Source: a virus. From it: a stretch of DNA of 64,000 nt. The position numbers and the translations under genes are program-made. Below the pieces are notes generated by a model, which did not search any database, was not told where the DNA came from, and saw only the letters and a program-made list of their open reading frames with translations. The DNA is taken from IMG/VR virus record IMGVR_UViG_3300036766_000359, positions 1-64,000 of that record; one strand, written 5' to 3'. Position 1 is the first letter of the stretch. Each line of letters opens with the position of its first letter. Positions 1 through 9,425 of this stretch are shown here, one piece after another.

Positions 1-57
1 TTCAACCACGGGTTCAACCACGGGTTCAACCACGGGTTCAACCACGGGTTCAACCAC
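1..57. repeat. 12-bp tandem repeat GGTTCAACCACG, at least 4.7 copies, encoding VVEP on the minus strand
   Basis: Read directly from positions 1-57; truncated by the window edge. Confidence 0.9.
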
Positions 58-270
58 TACAGATTGAGTAGTTGTCGGAACAGAGATGAGAGGATAAGAG
101 TGAGAAACCAAGTCTTCAATGGTTTCGATAACTTTACCTGGGATACCTTTGAAATGCATATTTCTTCCGTCTACAAAAGGTTGATGTTGATACTCAGAAA
201 CATGTTTCGCAACACTTGAAGTCGGAACAACACGTTCCGACTTACGTTTTGAAACTTTTCGATTCACCAC
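1..270 (-). CDS. Partial hypothetical protein (runs off left edge) containing (VVEP)n repeat
   Basis: Hand translation of the minus strand is open from 321 to position 1: ...VNRKVSKRKSERVVPTSSVAKHVSEYQHQPFVDGRNMHFKG...TTTQSVVVEPVVEPVVEP. GTG start at 270 or 267; co-oriented with the actin-like gene. Confidence 0.55.
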   Translation of the reverse strand, partial: MVNRKVSKRKSERVVPTSSVAKHVSEYQHQPFVDGRNMHFKGIPGKVIETIEDLVSHSYPLISVPTTTQSVVVEPVVEPVVEPVVEPVVE

Positions 271-321
271 ATGGGGTGTTTGCGCCGACCAGGCACCCGG
301 AATTTCCGGGGCGACGGTTAG

Positions 322-1338
322 TCAATCACCGTCGTCCATCTGCGAAAGTAGTAGTAGACCGGTAGCGACAGATGTCATTGGATTGGTGGCATGACGAATC
401 TCGGATATCTGAATTGGAAACTTAGGTTTATACAATTCAAATCTTTCTTTGAATTTATCCAAGAAACCAGTGGCAAGGGATGTTCCCCCGGAGACAATGA
501 TTGGGAGGGGTTTAGAAATGTGGATCTCCCCCTTTTTACGTTGAAACGTCTCGATAATTTTGTCGATCGTATAATCGATAAGATTTTGGATAAATAATGA
601 TATAGCTTCTACTTCACGAGAATCATTAACGAGGTTGATGTCAACCCCACTTTCTTTAATGGAGCAAATTCTAGCAGCGGTAGTTCCAACAGCTCTGGCG
701 GCACCTGCGTCAACCCAGTCGCCACCACGACCAAGAGAAAATTCAAAAGCTGACATTGCATTATAAGAAAGACAAACGTTCGTCATACCACTGCCGTATG
801 AGATACCAAGCCCAGAAAAGTTTTCCTTCACGCACTCAGAATATATAACAGCCATAGCTTCATTAGCTGGTTCAGGAGAATAACCAAGTTCCTGAAGAAC
901 TTTCCCGATAATGGCAGAGTGATATAGGGTATTAGACCCGGGGACATCTATTGCAGGGGCGGGAACGGAATAACAACACTTTTCATCCTTCAAAGAAGGA
1001 GGACCCAAAACTTCTTGCATGATAAGAGCTATGATGCGCTGAGCATCAAGTTCACCGGCAGAAATAACACCGCCAGCCATCGGTCGACGTGCATCTTTGT
1101 TCAGCAAATTTGCGGTCTCGAGGGCAGCATCGCCAACAACCACGAGCCTTCCGTCTAACTCCGCGAAGCTCGTGTTCGAGAGCTTCAGCATCCGTTTATG
1201 CTCGAGCGGAAGATCAATGAAAGCATCACGGACTCTTTTCGTGATGATCTGGCCGCTAGACGTACGACGTGCGCCTACTATGTTCATAGTACCGATATCA
1301 CAGCCGATACCGGCATTAACTTTTTCAGAACTTGTCAT
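322..1338 (-). CDS. Actin-like ATPase (MreB/MamK-like)
   Basis: All five actin-fold motifs in order: phosphate-1 GCDIGTMN, connect-1 PANEAMAVIY, phosphate-2 GISYGSGMTN, adenosine IIVSGGTSL, connect-2 SVATGL; 338 aa. Confidence 0.85.
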   Translation of the reverse strand: MTSSEKVNAGIGCDIGTMNIVGARRTSSGQIITKRVRDAFIDLPLEHKRMLKLSNTSFAELDGRLVVVGDAALETANLLNKDARRPMAGGVISAGELDAQRIIALIMQEVLGPPSLKDEKCCYSVPAPAIDVPGSNTLYHSAIIGKVLQELGYSPEPANEAMAVIYSECVKENFSGLGISYGSGMTNVCLSYNAMSAFEFSLGRGGDWVDAGAARAVGTTAARICSIKESGVDINLVNDSREVEAISLFIQNLIDYTIDKIIETFQRKKGEIHISKPLPIIVSGGTSLATGFLDKFKERFELYKPKFPIQISEIRHATNPMTSVATGLLLLSQMDDGD

Positions 1339-2008
1339 TTTGAGCCTCCATGCGAGAAACAGTACGATTTACATGGCACCAACAGCAAACAATCTCACAT
1401 TTGTGTATTTCCGAAACAATACGATTAAAGCTAGCCTGACAACCAACTAGATTGGAGACGTTGTCTAGTTTATCGATTACATGATCAAAATCCATCTTCC
1501 AGGGGTCATATTTGTTTAAGCAATCAACACAAGGCTTGTTTTTAAATTCACGAATCATTGCGAGACGTTTAGCCCGTAAACGTGAAAGACTAGTGTAATG
1601 GATGCATTTTTTACAACCGCTTACGTATTTTGGTCGATGAACAGGGCATGTTGTTACATATGGAAGAAGTCTAGAATTAGAGCGATCGCGATGGCAACCA
1701 ACACAAACTAAGTCACATTTAGTCAGTTCCGATTTTAATTTTTCTAAGCTAGCCGTCGGATGATTTACCAGTCGAAAAATGTTATATGACTTAACTTCAT
1801 TCTGTCTATGGTCAAACGTCATGGCTTCTTTGATATATGAATTACCACAGTCCATGCATGGACTGGATTTAATCATTTGAATATGTCTACGTTTTACAGA
1901 ACGACATACAAATCGAAGATCTCTTAAATAAGAAGCGTTTGTTTCTCTCCAAAGCTTATTCCGTAAAGCTTTCGTGCTGGTATTAGTGGAATGAAGCTCT
2001 GGAGTCAT
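1325..2008 (-). CDS. HNH endonuclease with two tandem HNH/Zn modules
   Basis: CMDC..MTFDHR..KCDLVCVGCH and CVDC..MDFDHV..KCEIVCCWCH. Confidence 0.75.
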   Translation of the reverse strand: MTPELHSTNTSTKALRNKLWRETNASYLRDLRFVCRSVKRRHIQMIKSSPCMDCGNSYIKEAMTFDHRQNEVKSYNIFRLVNHPTASLEKLKSELTKCDLVCVGCHRDRSNSRLLPYVTTCPVHRPKYVSGCKKCIHYTSLSRLRAKRLAMIREFKNKPCVDCLNKYDPWKMDFDHVIDKLDNVSNLVGCQASFNRIVSEIHKCEIVCCWCHVNRTVSRMEAQNDKF

Positions 2009-2058
2009 ATGAAAGGCGTGCCTCGGTGAAATTCACGAAAATGATACGCTGAACAAAA

Positions 2059-2676
2059 TCATTTTTTCTTTCGAGCAGCCTTTAAAGCAGAAAGAGAATC
2101 ATCAAAGCCCACGACTGATGACTTCTCTTCACTCGAATTAATATGGACATTAGCGTTTTTAGGAACGATACTAGAAGGAATGAAAATTGGGTCAGATGGC
2201 TGAGAAATGATCAGGTCATGAACAATACTAGAGTGGGAGCCAGTCGGAATCTGAGCATTATGGACACTTGCTTGAGCAGAATAAGTTCGAAGGGCTTCAA
2301 GAACCTCATCAAACCTAGAATTCATGAATCGAAGTTCGTTCTGAAGGGACGCAACGTCAGATGACATCGGTGGTGGGGGTGGGGGTGGGGGTGGTGGGGG
2401 TGGTGGGGGTGGGGGTGGGGGTGGTTGAGGCGTAGATAGTGGTACAACGGGAGAAGTGTGACTGGTTATACCAGAACGGATAGGGACGATAGAAATAGGG
2501 ACGATAGAGATAAGTTTTTTACGTAAAAGTTCCTTCAAACTCAAAGACATGTTGTACGAATCAGAGCTTATCGTACATACACTGTCATCACCACCACGAG
2601 CCTGAAGTGTGAATTTAAGGTCTTCTACTGTGAGGCTCGTGTGAAGAAGATTTGATACTTTATATGAAGTATTCAC
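2059..2676 (-). CDS. Hypothetical protein with 19 consecutive prolines followed by a coiled coil
   Basis: Pro codons at 2368-2424 (counted from the DNA), then DVASLQNELRFMNSRFDEVLEALR; basic C-terminus ARKKK. Confidence 0.75.
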   Translation of the reverse strand: MNTSYKVSNLLHTSLTVEDLKFTLQARGGDDSVCTISSDSYNMSLSLKELLRKKLISIVPISIVPIRSGITSHTSPVVPLSTPQPPPPPPPPPPPPPPPPPPPMSSDVASLQNELRFMNSRFDEVLEALRTYSAQASVHNAQIPTGSHSSIVHDLIISQPSDPIFIPSSIVPKNANVHINSSEEKSSVVGFDDSLSALKAARKKK

Positions 2677-3362
2677 ATGTTCCTAGAAAGTATCTTTTTG
2701 AGTTCGGGAACAAAGTTCTCATATATAATGTCCTGCAGACCGTCCAAGAATTTTTTCATCAAGCCTTCAAAGTCTTTTTCTGGATACTTGATTCCAGAAT
2801 TTGTAGTTTTCAACTTTCTCGTAAAGGAGATATTCAGTTTCCCTGATTTACCAACTTCCATAGATCTCGGTGCTCCGAGACTACGAGGTGCTGCCGCTGC
2901 TATTTTATGGTTAAACTCACGAGTGCTGGACCGAATTTGCGTGTCTCTTGATTTTTTCTTAGTATCCTGAGAACGTTTTTTCGTGTCGTGCGATTTATTG
3001 CGCGCATCGTGCATGCTTGATATTCGGTGAATTTTGTTATCTTTAGATAACCCGTATCTTCTAACAGTGGCTTCTTCAAATTTTTCGTCAATACTGTCCA
3101 TCGCAGTTTTTCTAGAATCCATGACTTGTTTAGATAAATCCGTTTCTTCTACTGAATCAACTGATAAAAGTATTTCATATACAATTTCATCATCGTTAAC
3201 AATTGCTTGCAATTCATAATCATCAAGAAACTCGGAATCGTCAAATCCAGCTTCACTAAGAACGGACTTCAAAAGTCTTAAACCGTCTTTAGCTATAGTG
3301 TCACGAATTGAGTCAACAGACCTTTGCAACTGAACCATCAAAGGTGTGGTAATATCAGTCAT
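2673..3362 (-). CDS. Hypothetical protein (possibly virion-associated)
   Basis: Long ORF; likely start MTDITTPL at 3362 overlaps the GIY-YIG stop (TAATG) and its stop overlaps the next start. Confidence 0.65.
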   Translation of the reverse strand: MTDITTPLMVQLQRSVDSIRDTIAKDGLRLLKSVLSEAGFDDSEFLDDYELQAIVNDDEIVYEILLSVDSVEETDLSKQVMDSRKTAMDSIDEKFEEATVRRYGLSKDNKIHRISSMHDARNKSHDTKKRSQDTKKKSRDTQIRSSTREFNHKIAAAAPRSLGAPRSMEVGKSGKLNISFTRKLKTTNSGIKYPEKDFEGLMKKFLDGLQDIIYENFVPELKKILSRNM

Positions 3363-4306
3363 TATACTAAAGTGTTGCAAGAAAAACGAGCAGCATTTCT
3401 TATTTTTTGACAAGCACGGCAGCCATGGACTCCTCTAAACTGATTCATATCATGTCCACGAATACAATAATCTTTTGAAAGCGTTGATGAAATTTTCAGC
3501 TTATGGTACGAGTCAAGATTTTTTCCTTTATTCCAAACTGTACGTCCAGATGAAGTCTTACGTTCATAGTTAGAAATCGTTCTTCGATTGACATTAAAAA
3601 TTTTTGAAATTTCTAATTGCGTATACCCGTCAAATCGCATAGCACGAATTCTATAAATATCAGAAACACTAAGTTTTGAACACTTGGCGCGATGATTCTT
3701 AATAGCTAAATCGGTTTTGAGAAAAGCGGCTACACCGCTTTTCTTCGAAGCTTCCGAGCGAATAGCCAGAGCGTGAAGTTTTTCATTTTCTGTAAAAGAA
3801 GCTTCACGAGTTAGTCTAGCAGCGTACGCTTTTCTTAACAAAGAAGAACGTTCCTCCGGACTCTTAGATGCATTCATAGCAGCAGTATTTGCGGAAACTT
3901 TTGCTCGCCACATCGGATCTGCAGCTCTATCACGAATTTTTTTAGTCATTTTTTCTCGATACTCAGAACAATCCCATGGATTCTTCTTTTCCGGATATAG
4001 TTGTGAACCACCACCTTTTGCGAGGTTAAATCCTTTTTTCGGATTTCGAGTGCCTTCTTGCTCGATTATTATAATTTCTGTTGCATTAGCCCCTTCAAGG
4101 TCCCAGCTCATCGCAAGAACTTCATGAGAGAATGCATCTTTGCCGTATTTATGAATCGCATTTGCGAAGTAAGATCTATTTCCTTTAATGTTTCGAGCCT
4201 GAATTATATGCTGTGACCAACGTCTCTCCATTGTGCGAGACGTTAAACCGATGTAACGACGACCCGATTCAATATGTTTATGACAGTATATAGTCCAGTA
4301 TTTCAC
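3362..4306 (-). CDS. Free-standing GIY-YIG homing endonuclease (copy 1)
   Basis: WTIYCH..GRRYIGLT..RW.QH..NAIHKYGKDAF..E; C-terminal HTH and CxxGH..CxxC. Confidence 0.85.
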   Translation of the reverse strand: MKYWTIYCHKHIESGRRYIGLTSRTMERRWSQHIIQARNIKGNRSYFANAIHKYGKDAFSHEVLAMSWDLEGANATEIIIIEQEGTRNPKKGFNLAKGGGSQLYPEKKNPWDCSEYREKMTKKIRDRAADPMWRAKVSANTAAMNASKSPEERSSLLRKAYAARLTREASFTENEKLHALAIRSEASKKSGVAAFLKTDLAIKNHRAKCSKLSVSDIYRIRAMRFDGYTQLEISKIFNVNRRTISNYERKTSSGRTVWNKGKNLDSYHKLKISSTLSKDYCIRGHDMNQFRGVHGCRACQKIRNAARFSCNTLV

Positions 4307-4329
4307 ACCATAATTGTTCCATGAAAGGT

Positions 4330-5646
4330 CTAAATGTTTTCAAAAACTACAGTATTCCCGCGAATTTCGCGTTCGTCAGGAAGGACTTCACGCTCTGTCA
4401 TCATCGGCGTAGAACCTCCTTTTCCTGGAACAATATGCCTAGTTTGCGGAGCAGATAAACGGGCTGCATCGATGACAGAAACTTTATACCTAACGTCTCC
4501 TTCATCGAGATGAGATATGGAAAAGAACTGTTGTAGTTGCATGCCTCTGTTAGAAGGTGACCTGACAGGCCCAACTCCGTATCTGTCACCATTAAGTTTT
4601 ACGATGAAATCACGTTGCGAAAGCTGAGGGCTTGGACTTGTCCAAGTGTCGTATGGGTGAGCAAGAGTCCTGCCACGGTTACTTTGTGTAATCGATTTTT
4701 CCCCATCGTCAGGGGCTAAAATGATGTCATACGGACCATCGTAACCACCAAGAACACCAGTTCCAAAACAGACAAGACAGTCATTTGATGGCTGTTTGTT
4801 TGATTCAGAATAACAACCGCACTTTGGACCAACGACTTTCCTAATGAATACTTTAACTCTTTCTCCTCCCTGAATGAGCAAAAAGCGATTTCGACGGACC
4901 GCTTCTCTCCATATCCAGTCAAGTTTTTCAATTTCGTTATTATTAGTCTGTGAAGCTCTGTCTAATGGAGTTTCGTGAAGTTGGCCGGTGCAACTATCCA
5001 TGGCAACTGTTGCAATTCGATAAAAAACACGAGATGCAAGAGAGGTAACAACCTCGTTAGCTGTGTAACGGTATGTTGCTAGTACGACATCGGATGATGA
5101 AGTTGGAAGAACAGGCGGAACAAATTTTTGAGATGCCACGTCGAAACTAGCATAGTTCCTGAGTTCAACTTCTCCAGTCGGAGAGTTAATGTGTTCAACG
5201 AAAGCAGGAACGCCATTCACAGTAACATAAACGTTTAGATTCGTTATCTCAGGAACACCAGGCGTCGAATGAATAACGATTGGTCGATTTTGAACGCAGA
5301 AGACCCATTTACCGTCAGGGTCGGTATCACCCCTTACAACAAATGACCGAGATACATCTTCCTGAAGAGCAAGAACTGTCCTCGTCTTGTCACGAAAGAA
5401 AGTAGACCCGATGGGGGTAGTATTAAGTCTGTAAAACGGACCAAATTCGGAGTCAAAACTTCGATAGATGTTCACACCAATTATATTAAACTTGGTGTTA
5501 GCAGATATATCCGAAGGTAGTGTCCACCTAATGTCGAGGGTTTGTTTCTCGAAACCAGAAGAACAAGACAAATTCAGCGGAGGGAGCGGAAGCTCCGGGC
5601 TGTTTTGTTCAAGTATATGTACTGGCCTGTCAGTAGGAGTTGGCAT
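4330..5646 (-). CDS. Probable head-closure/neck protein with FN3-like N-terminus and Cys motif
   Basis: N-terminal beta-rich LDIRWTLP..IGVNIYRS; CGC..CLVCFGTGVLGGY followed by a beta-barrel-like region; lies near the adaptor gene. Function inferred. Confidence 0.5.
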   Translation of the reverse strand: MPTPTDRPVHILEQNSPELPLPPLNLSCSSGFEKQTLDIRWTLPSDISANTKFNIIGVNIYRSFDSEFGPFYRLNTTPIGSTFFRDKTRTVLALQEDVSRSFVVRGDTDPDGKWVFCVQNRPIVIHSTPGVPEITNLNVYVTVNGVPAFVEHINSPTGEVELRNYASFDVASQKFVPPVLPTSSSDVVLATYRYTANEVVTSLASRVFYRIATVAMDSCTGQLHETPLDRASQTNNNEIEKLDWIWREAVRRNRFLLIQGGERVKVFIRKVVGPKCGCYSESNKQPSNDCLVCFGTGVLGGYDGPYDIILAPDDGEKSITQSNRGRTLAHPYDTWTSPSPQLSQRDFIVKLNGDRYGVGPVRSPSNRGMQLQQFFSISHLDEGDVRYKVSVIDAARLSAPQTRHIVPGKGGSTPMMTEREVLPDEREIRGNTVVFENI

Positions 5647-5678
5647 CCTTCCCTACCAAGGCAATTAGGGGCTTGTCG

Positions 5679-6023
5679 TTACTTCGGTTCGGAACTTTCC
5701 ATGCCCGTATTAGCAGGACCATCAGTCATTGGAGGGCTCGGTTTAATGAGAACATGCATCTCATCAGACCCGTCAGGACCTTTTCCAGACTTCATCTGAA
5801 CGATTTGCGCCGGATCAATACCCACTTCAGTCATCATCTTATCAAGAATACTCTGTCGACCCTGATAGAGAGAGTCAATATTCTCAAATAGAGACTTACG
5901 TTTAAGGTCCATCCGAACGAGTTCAGTGCTGAAATGAGCAATAGAGTTATCAAATCTATTGATCTGTTCAATCGTGTCAGGTTGCATGGGGATTCGGCGT
6001 TGTTCCATGACATACACTACCAA
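5679..6023 (-). CDS. Hypothetical coiled-coil protein
   Basis: 114-aa ORF with heptad-like N-half, co-oriented with neighbours. Confidence 0.6.
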   Translation of the reverse strand: MVVYVMEQRRIPMQPDTIEQINRFDNSIAHFSTELVRMDLKRKSLFENIDSLYQGRQSILDKMMTEVGIDPAQIVQMKSGKGPDGSDEMHVLIKPSPPMTDGPANTGMESSEPK

Positions 6024-6074
6024 GCAAGATAACGACTCGTTTAGATTCCAAACAGTTTAAGTGTAAATTAATAT

Positions 6075-6356
6075 GTGAAGCTAGAAGAAATCACTCGTCT
6101 TCGTGAAGCAAGTGGATCAGTCGATATTAACAGTCGTCTCATAAGCTTCCTTTATCAACTCATGCGAGATCATGTCCCTCCTGGAACAGTGGAAGCAATA
6201 GCTCTTGACTGCAATTACCAGGAAGTTAAGTATACAAATGGGTGGTTAGCCCGGTATGCAGAGGACATAGCCAAAAGGCTGTCAGACACATCACTAACGC
6301 CAGAGAAAATACCTAGGCCAATCCCAGGTCCAGGAAAAAAAGTCACAAGTTTATAA
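6075..6356 (+). CDS. Hypothetical protein
   Basis: 93-aa ORF filling the gap exactly; LISFLYQLMRDHVPPG..YTNGWLARYAEDIA looks globular. Confidence 0.65.
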   Translation: MKLEEITRLREASGSVDINSRLISFLYQLMRDHVPPGTVEAIALDCNYQEVKYTNGWLARYAEDIAKRLSDTSLTPEKIPRPIPGPGKKVTSL

Positions 6357-7610
6357 CTAAATCAAGAAATTTTCAATTCGAGAATCAAGTCCGAGAAAAT
6401 CCGGCCCGACAAGCTCATGTTCCCAAACAACCAAACACTTGAGTCCAGTCTCAAGCCACTGATCTATGGTATTCTGTGCATGAACAGAATTTGGTTCTCC
6501 CGTCTTAGCTTCGCCATGCCAATAATCTCCGAATACCTCAACTACATGCGTTACACTATTGAAAGACGGATTACCATCTGATTTCGGGTATACCGGAAAA
6601 CAAAAATCTGGGTTACGGTTCTTCTTAACTGATGGAATTAATTTCCAGTAACTTCCATTCCCAGAAAAGCAAAAGAACGGGTACAACGCGCTAAATTTGC
6701 GTTCGATAGAATTGGGACCAGCTCGACGAGAGTGTTCAAGATGTTTTCTGGCGTATGCATAATTCTTCATTGGATGTGTAGCGCCATAACGAACAAGACA
6801 TGTTTTCTGGTATAACTCTTCATTATGAGTTATACTATATAACTCTTTAGCCTCATCGGTTTTCATGAAAAGCCTTAGAGACGAGTTCATTGACTCGCGA
6901 GTTTTAGGGTTTTGAGTAGTCCATTCGACGCCATACCGTTCAAGATTAGTTTGTCGAATTTTTTCAAGAATTTCAGGAGACTGAGCAGCATCCGGAACCC
7001 CATAACGCCGGGTCATGGTTTTTATACCTTTTGCGCGAATTTCAGGAACTCGTAAACTCTGTTCATCCCCATGACGTTCAAGAGTTGTAGCTAGTTGCTT
7101 TGCGCGAATCTCAGGAACCTGAGTTCCGTTATCAACCCCATGATTAGTTTGCCAGTATTGACGTATCTTTTCTTTAATCTCAGGTCGAGCGAAGTTATCT
7201 TTCGGAAGATGAGCAGTGCGATCTTTCCCATCCCAGTGCGACTGAACCTGTTCGAATAAGGATGATTCACGAGCAAATGGATTCTCAGCTCCGTAACGCT
7301 CCTTCATTGTTGCAGCCTTCTTAGCACGCGCAGCAGGAACATGGATGGCGTTAGTAACACCATCTCCATATTTCTTCTGGAAAGTAACTGCGATACGTTC
7401 AGATGCAACAACGTTCTTATCTCGTGCCTTCCAAGCTTCGCACATCTGACGATGACGCTTCATCTGAGTCAGAGACGTACTCTCATGACCGCAGAGACAT
7501 ATGGGGGTGCCTCGGTCAGGATTAGCTGCTAAAAAGGCAGGACACTTCCTCAAATGACCAGAAGTAACAGGCTTTTCGAACTCGCGATTACAATATTCAC
7601 ACTGAAACAT
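6357..7610 (-). CDS. PD-(D/E)XK (Vsr/DUF559-like, EDxHD-type) endonuclease with Zn fingers and [KR]YG repeats
   Basis: N-terminal CEYC/CLCGH; repeated KKYG/ERYG/RRYG/VRYG units; C-terminal NPDF..VVEVFGDYWHG..CLVVWEHE. Confidence 0.75.
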   Translation of the reverse strand: MFQCEYCNREFEKPVTSGHLRKCPAFLAANPDRGTPICLCGHESTSLTQMKRHRQMCEAWKARDKNVVASERIAVTFQKKYGDGVTNAIHVPAARAKKAATMKERYGAENPFARESSLFEQVQSHWDGKDRTAHLPKDNFARPEIKEKIRQYWQTNHGVDNGTQVPEIRAKQLATTLERHGDEQSLRVPEIRAKGIKTMTRRYGVPDAAQSPEILEKIRQTNLERYGVEWTTQNPKTRESMNSSLRLFMKTDEAKELYSITHNEELYQKTCLVRYGATHPMKNYAYARKHLEHSRRAGPNSIERKFSALYPFFCFSGNGSYWKLIPSVKKNRNPDFCFPVYPKSDGNPSFNSVTHVVEVFGDYWHGEAKTGEPNSVHAQNTIDQWLETGLKCLVVWEHELVGPDFLGLDSRIENFLI

Positions 7611-7676
7611 CTAACCAGTATAGCACAATTTCGGACATAACGCAAGTAGTGGAAATAAAACTCCATATGTATCAAA

Positions 7677-8573
7677 CTAGATACCAAGAAATCTTCTAGG
7701 GGTAAGTGCGCCCCTACCCACGGAAGGACCGAATGACGAACGTATTCCGACACCATAACGTGACTGACGTAATCCTCTGATTACTTTGACAGTATCCTTT
7801 GCTTGCGTAACGAATTCTTGAAATCTAGTTTGAGCATCATTTGATATGCTCTGGTACTTAGACGACTTCTCAAGGTCAAGAGATACGCCACCAATTGAGT
7901 ACCCGAACTCTTCGAGAACCCAGTTTAACGAGATTGCATTAATGGCATGCACCATGGCTCCGGTAAGAAGGAGCGTTCGCCAGTTTCTATGCTGCAGCAT
8001 GAGCTGATCAAGCGTTTGGTAAAACGTCTGAGGCGGATACATGTTGATTGAATCATTCGACACGCGAAGAAATTCAAGAAGTTCGCAGTCTTCCCATATG
8101 TACCCAAATACACGAGTAAACTGGTTTACCGCTTCTTCTCCAGCAGGAGGAGCGAAGTGGTAGTTTCTGGCCGGGTTATTGTCTCGAAGCATAATGCGGA
8201 GACCATGTACAAGGTCAACTTCAATATTAGTGATTCCAGGAACTGATACAATTTGAGTCGAATCGGAGACTATGGCGAACTTCTGAACAACCTCCGCTAG
8301 AGGAGAATTCAGATACTCACGCATATACCAACGGATCCGATACTCACCGATATTTGCATCAATTGGGATTATGAAACTGGCGTAATATTCACCGGTAGCA
8401 GCATTTACTGGTACGCGATTAGCTGGAGGAAGTAAAACTTCATACCCAGTCGTGAAATCGTATATTGAGAAAAAAATTTCTGCAGCATTTTTAGGCCGAC
8501 CATCTGTCGATTTAGTGAAAATCGACAGCCCGGTTCTACCAAGTTCCTGACCTCTACGAAATGTAACAGACAT
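7677..8573 (-). CDS. Probable head-tail adaptor/neck protein with N-terminal Ig-like domain
   Basis: N-terminal GEYYA..GEYRIRW beta domain; helical C-half (LRIMLRD..DCELLEFL..YSIGGVSL) resembling adaptor proteins. Inferred. Confidence 0.55.
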   Translation of the reverse strand: MSVTFRRGQELGRTGLSIFTKSTDGRPKNAAEIFFSIYDFTTGYEVLLPPANRVPVNAATGEYYASFIIPIDANIGEYRIRWYMREYLNSPLAEVVQKFAIVSDSTQIVSVPGITNIEVDLVHGLRIMLRDNNPARNYHFAPPAGEEAVNQFTRVFGYIWEDCELLEFLRVSNDSINMYPPQTFYQTLDQLMLQHRNWRTLLLTGAMVHAINAISLNWVLEEFGYSIGGVSLDLEKSSKYQSISNDAQTRFQEFVTQAKDTVKVIRGLRQSRYGVGIRSSFGPSVGRGALTPRRFLGI

Positions 8574-8591
8574 GTAAAACCTTACCCGACC

Positions 8592-9401
8592 TTACCGATA
8601 AAGGTTTTCCATATCTTTCATGGTCTTGGATATCCACTCTGAAAGAATTTCTGGAATTTCCGTATCTTTAACTTTTTCAAATCGAGCCATAGCACGATTA
8701 CCAGACTTGTAGTGAGGTATACCAAGGTCAGGACCGCCTGAAACAGGGTTTCCGCCGAGAGTCCAAACCGCATCTTCGGTACTACCGTCCGATGCAATAT
8801 CTCCTTGACCGATAAGTTCCCCATATGGAGTTTCAGCGACAATGCGAAAACTTCCGTAGCTACGTTCATCACCTGGGTCCCACGTAAACTCTTTGATAGT
8901 AACATCATTACTAATGGCAGCTAGAACGCTGCGAATGTCAGAAACCACAAGATCCTTTACCGGAGAATCAGAGTTATCAATCTTACTAGCGATTTTCCGA
9001 AGCATAGCAGACATCTCAAATGGTTTCTTCATAGCCACATTCTCCTGTTGAGTTACTTGTTCTTGCATAGAGGCGTTACGCCATTGGAATTCTATGTCTG
9101 AACCTTCACGGTCTTCCAGTTTATCAGCCCATTTACGGGCTTCAGCGTCATTCTTGAACGTCTTGGTCTTCCAACTACTTTTACCTGGAGTACGATAAGC
9201 TACTTCCACCGGCAGATTTTCATCAAAGCTAGCAGTTGACTTTCGAGAAACTGGTTCATTCATTCCGGTGGGTGCATGCCATTGAGCTTCTTCGCCATAT
9301 TCTTCGGCTGCTTCTTTAGTATCAAATGACCCTATCGTTTCGCCATCATCAAACTTCACGTACCAATTGTTTTCTTCATAAACTATGTAAGTACGAAGCA
9401 T
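8592..9401 (-). CDS. Hypothetical multi-module protein carrying the shared LRxIASKID module
   Basis: MSAMLRKIASKIDNSDSPVKDLVVSDIRSVLAAI matches modules in 35663-36709 and 46496-47251. Confidence 0.7.
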   Translation of the reverse strand: MLRTYIVYEENNWYVKFDDGETIGSFDTKEAAEEYGEEAQWHAPTGMNEPVSRKSTASFDENLPVEVAYRTPGKSSWKTKTFKNDAEARKWADKLEDREGSDIEFQWRNASMQEQVTQQENVAMKKPFEMSAMLRKIASKIDNSDSPVKDLVVSDIRSVLAAISNDVTIKEFTWDPGDERSYGSFRIVAETPYGELIGQGDIASDGSTEDAVWTLGGNPVSGGPDLGIPHYKSGNRAMARFEKVKDTEIPEILSEWISKTMKDMENLYR

Positions 9402-9425
9402 AATCTTCTCTTCTTTAGTGTTGAC

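Noticed and set aside
219-243. Perfect 10-bp hairpin AAGTCGGAAC-AACAC-GTTCCGACTT
   Set aside because: Lies inside the partial CDS with no U-tract; a single instance with no assignable role.
2368-2424. G-rich tract as a G-quadruplex regulatory element
   Set aside because: Fully explained by CCA/CCC proline codons on the coding strand; no independent evidence.
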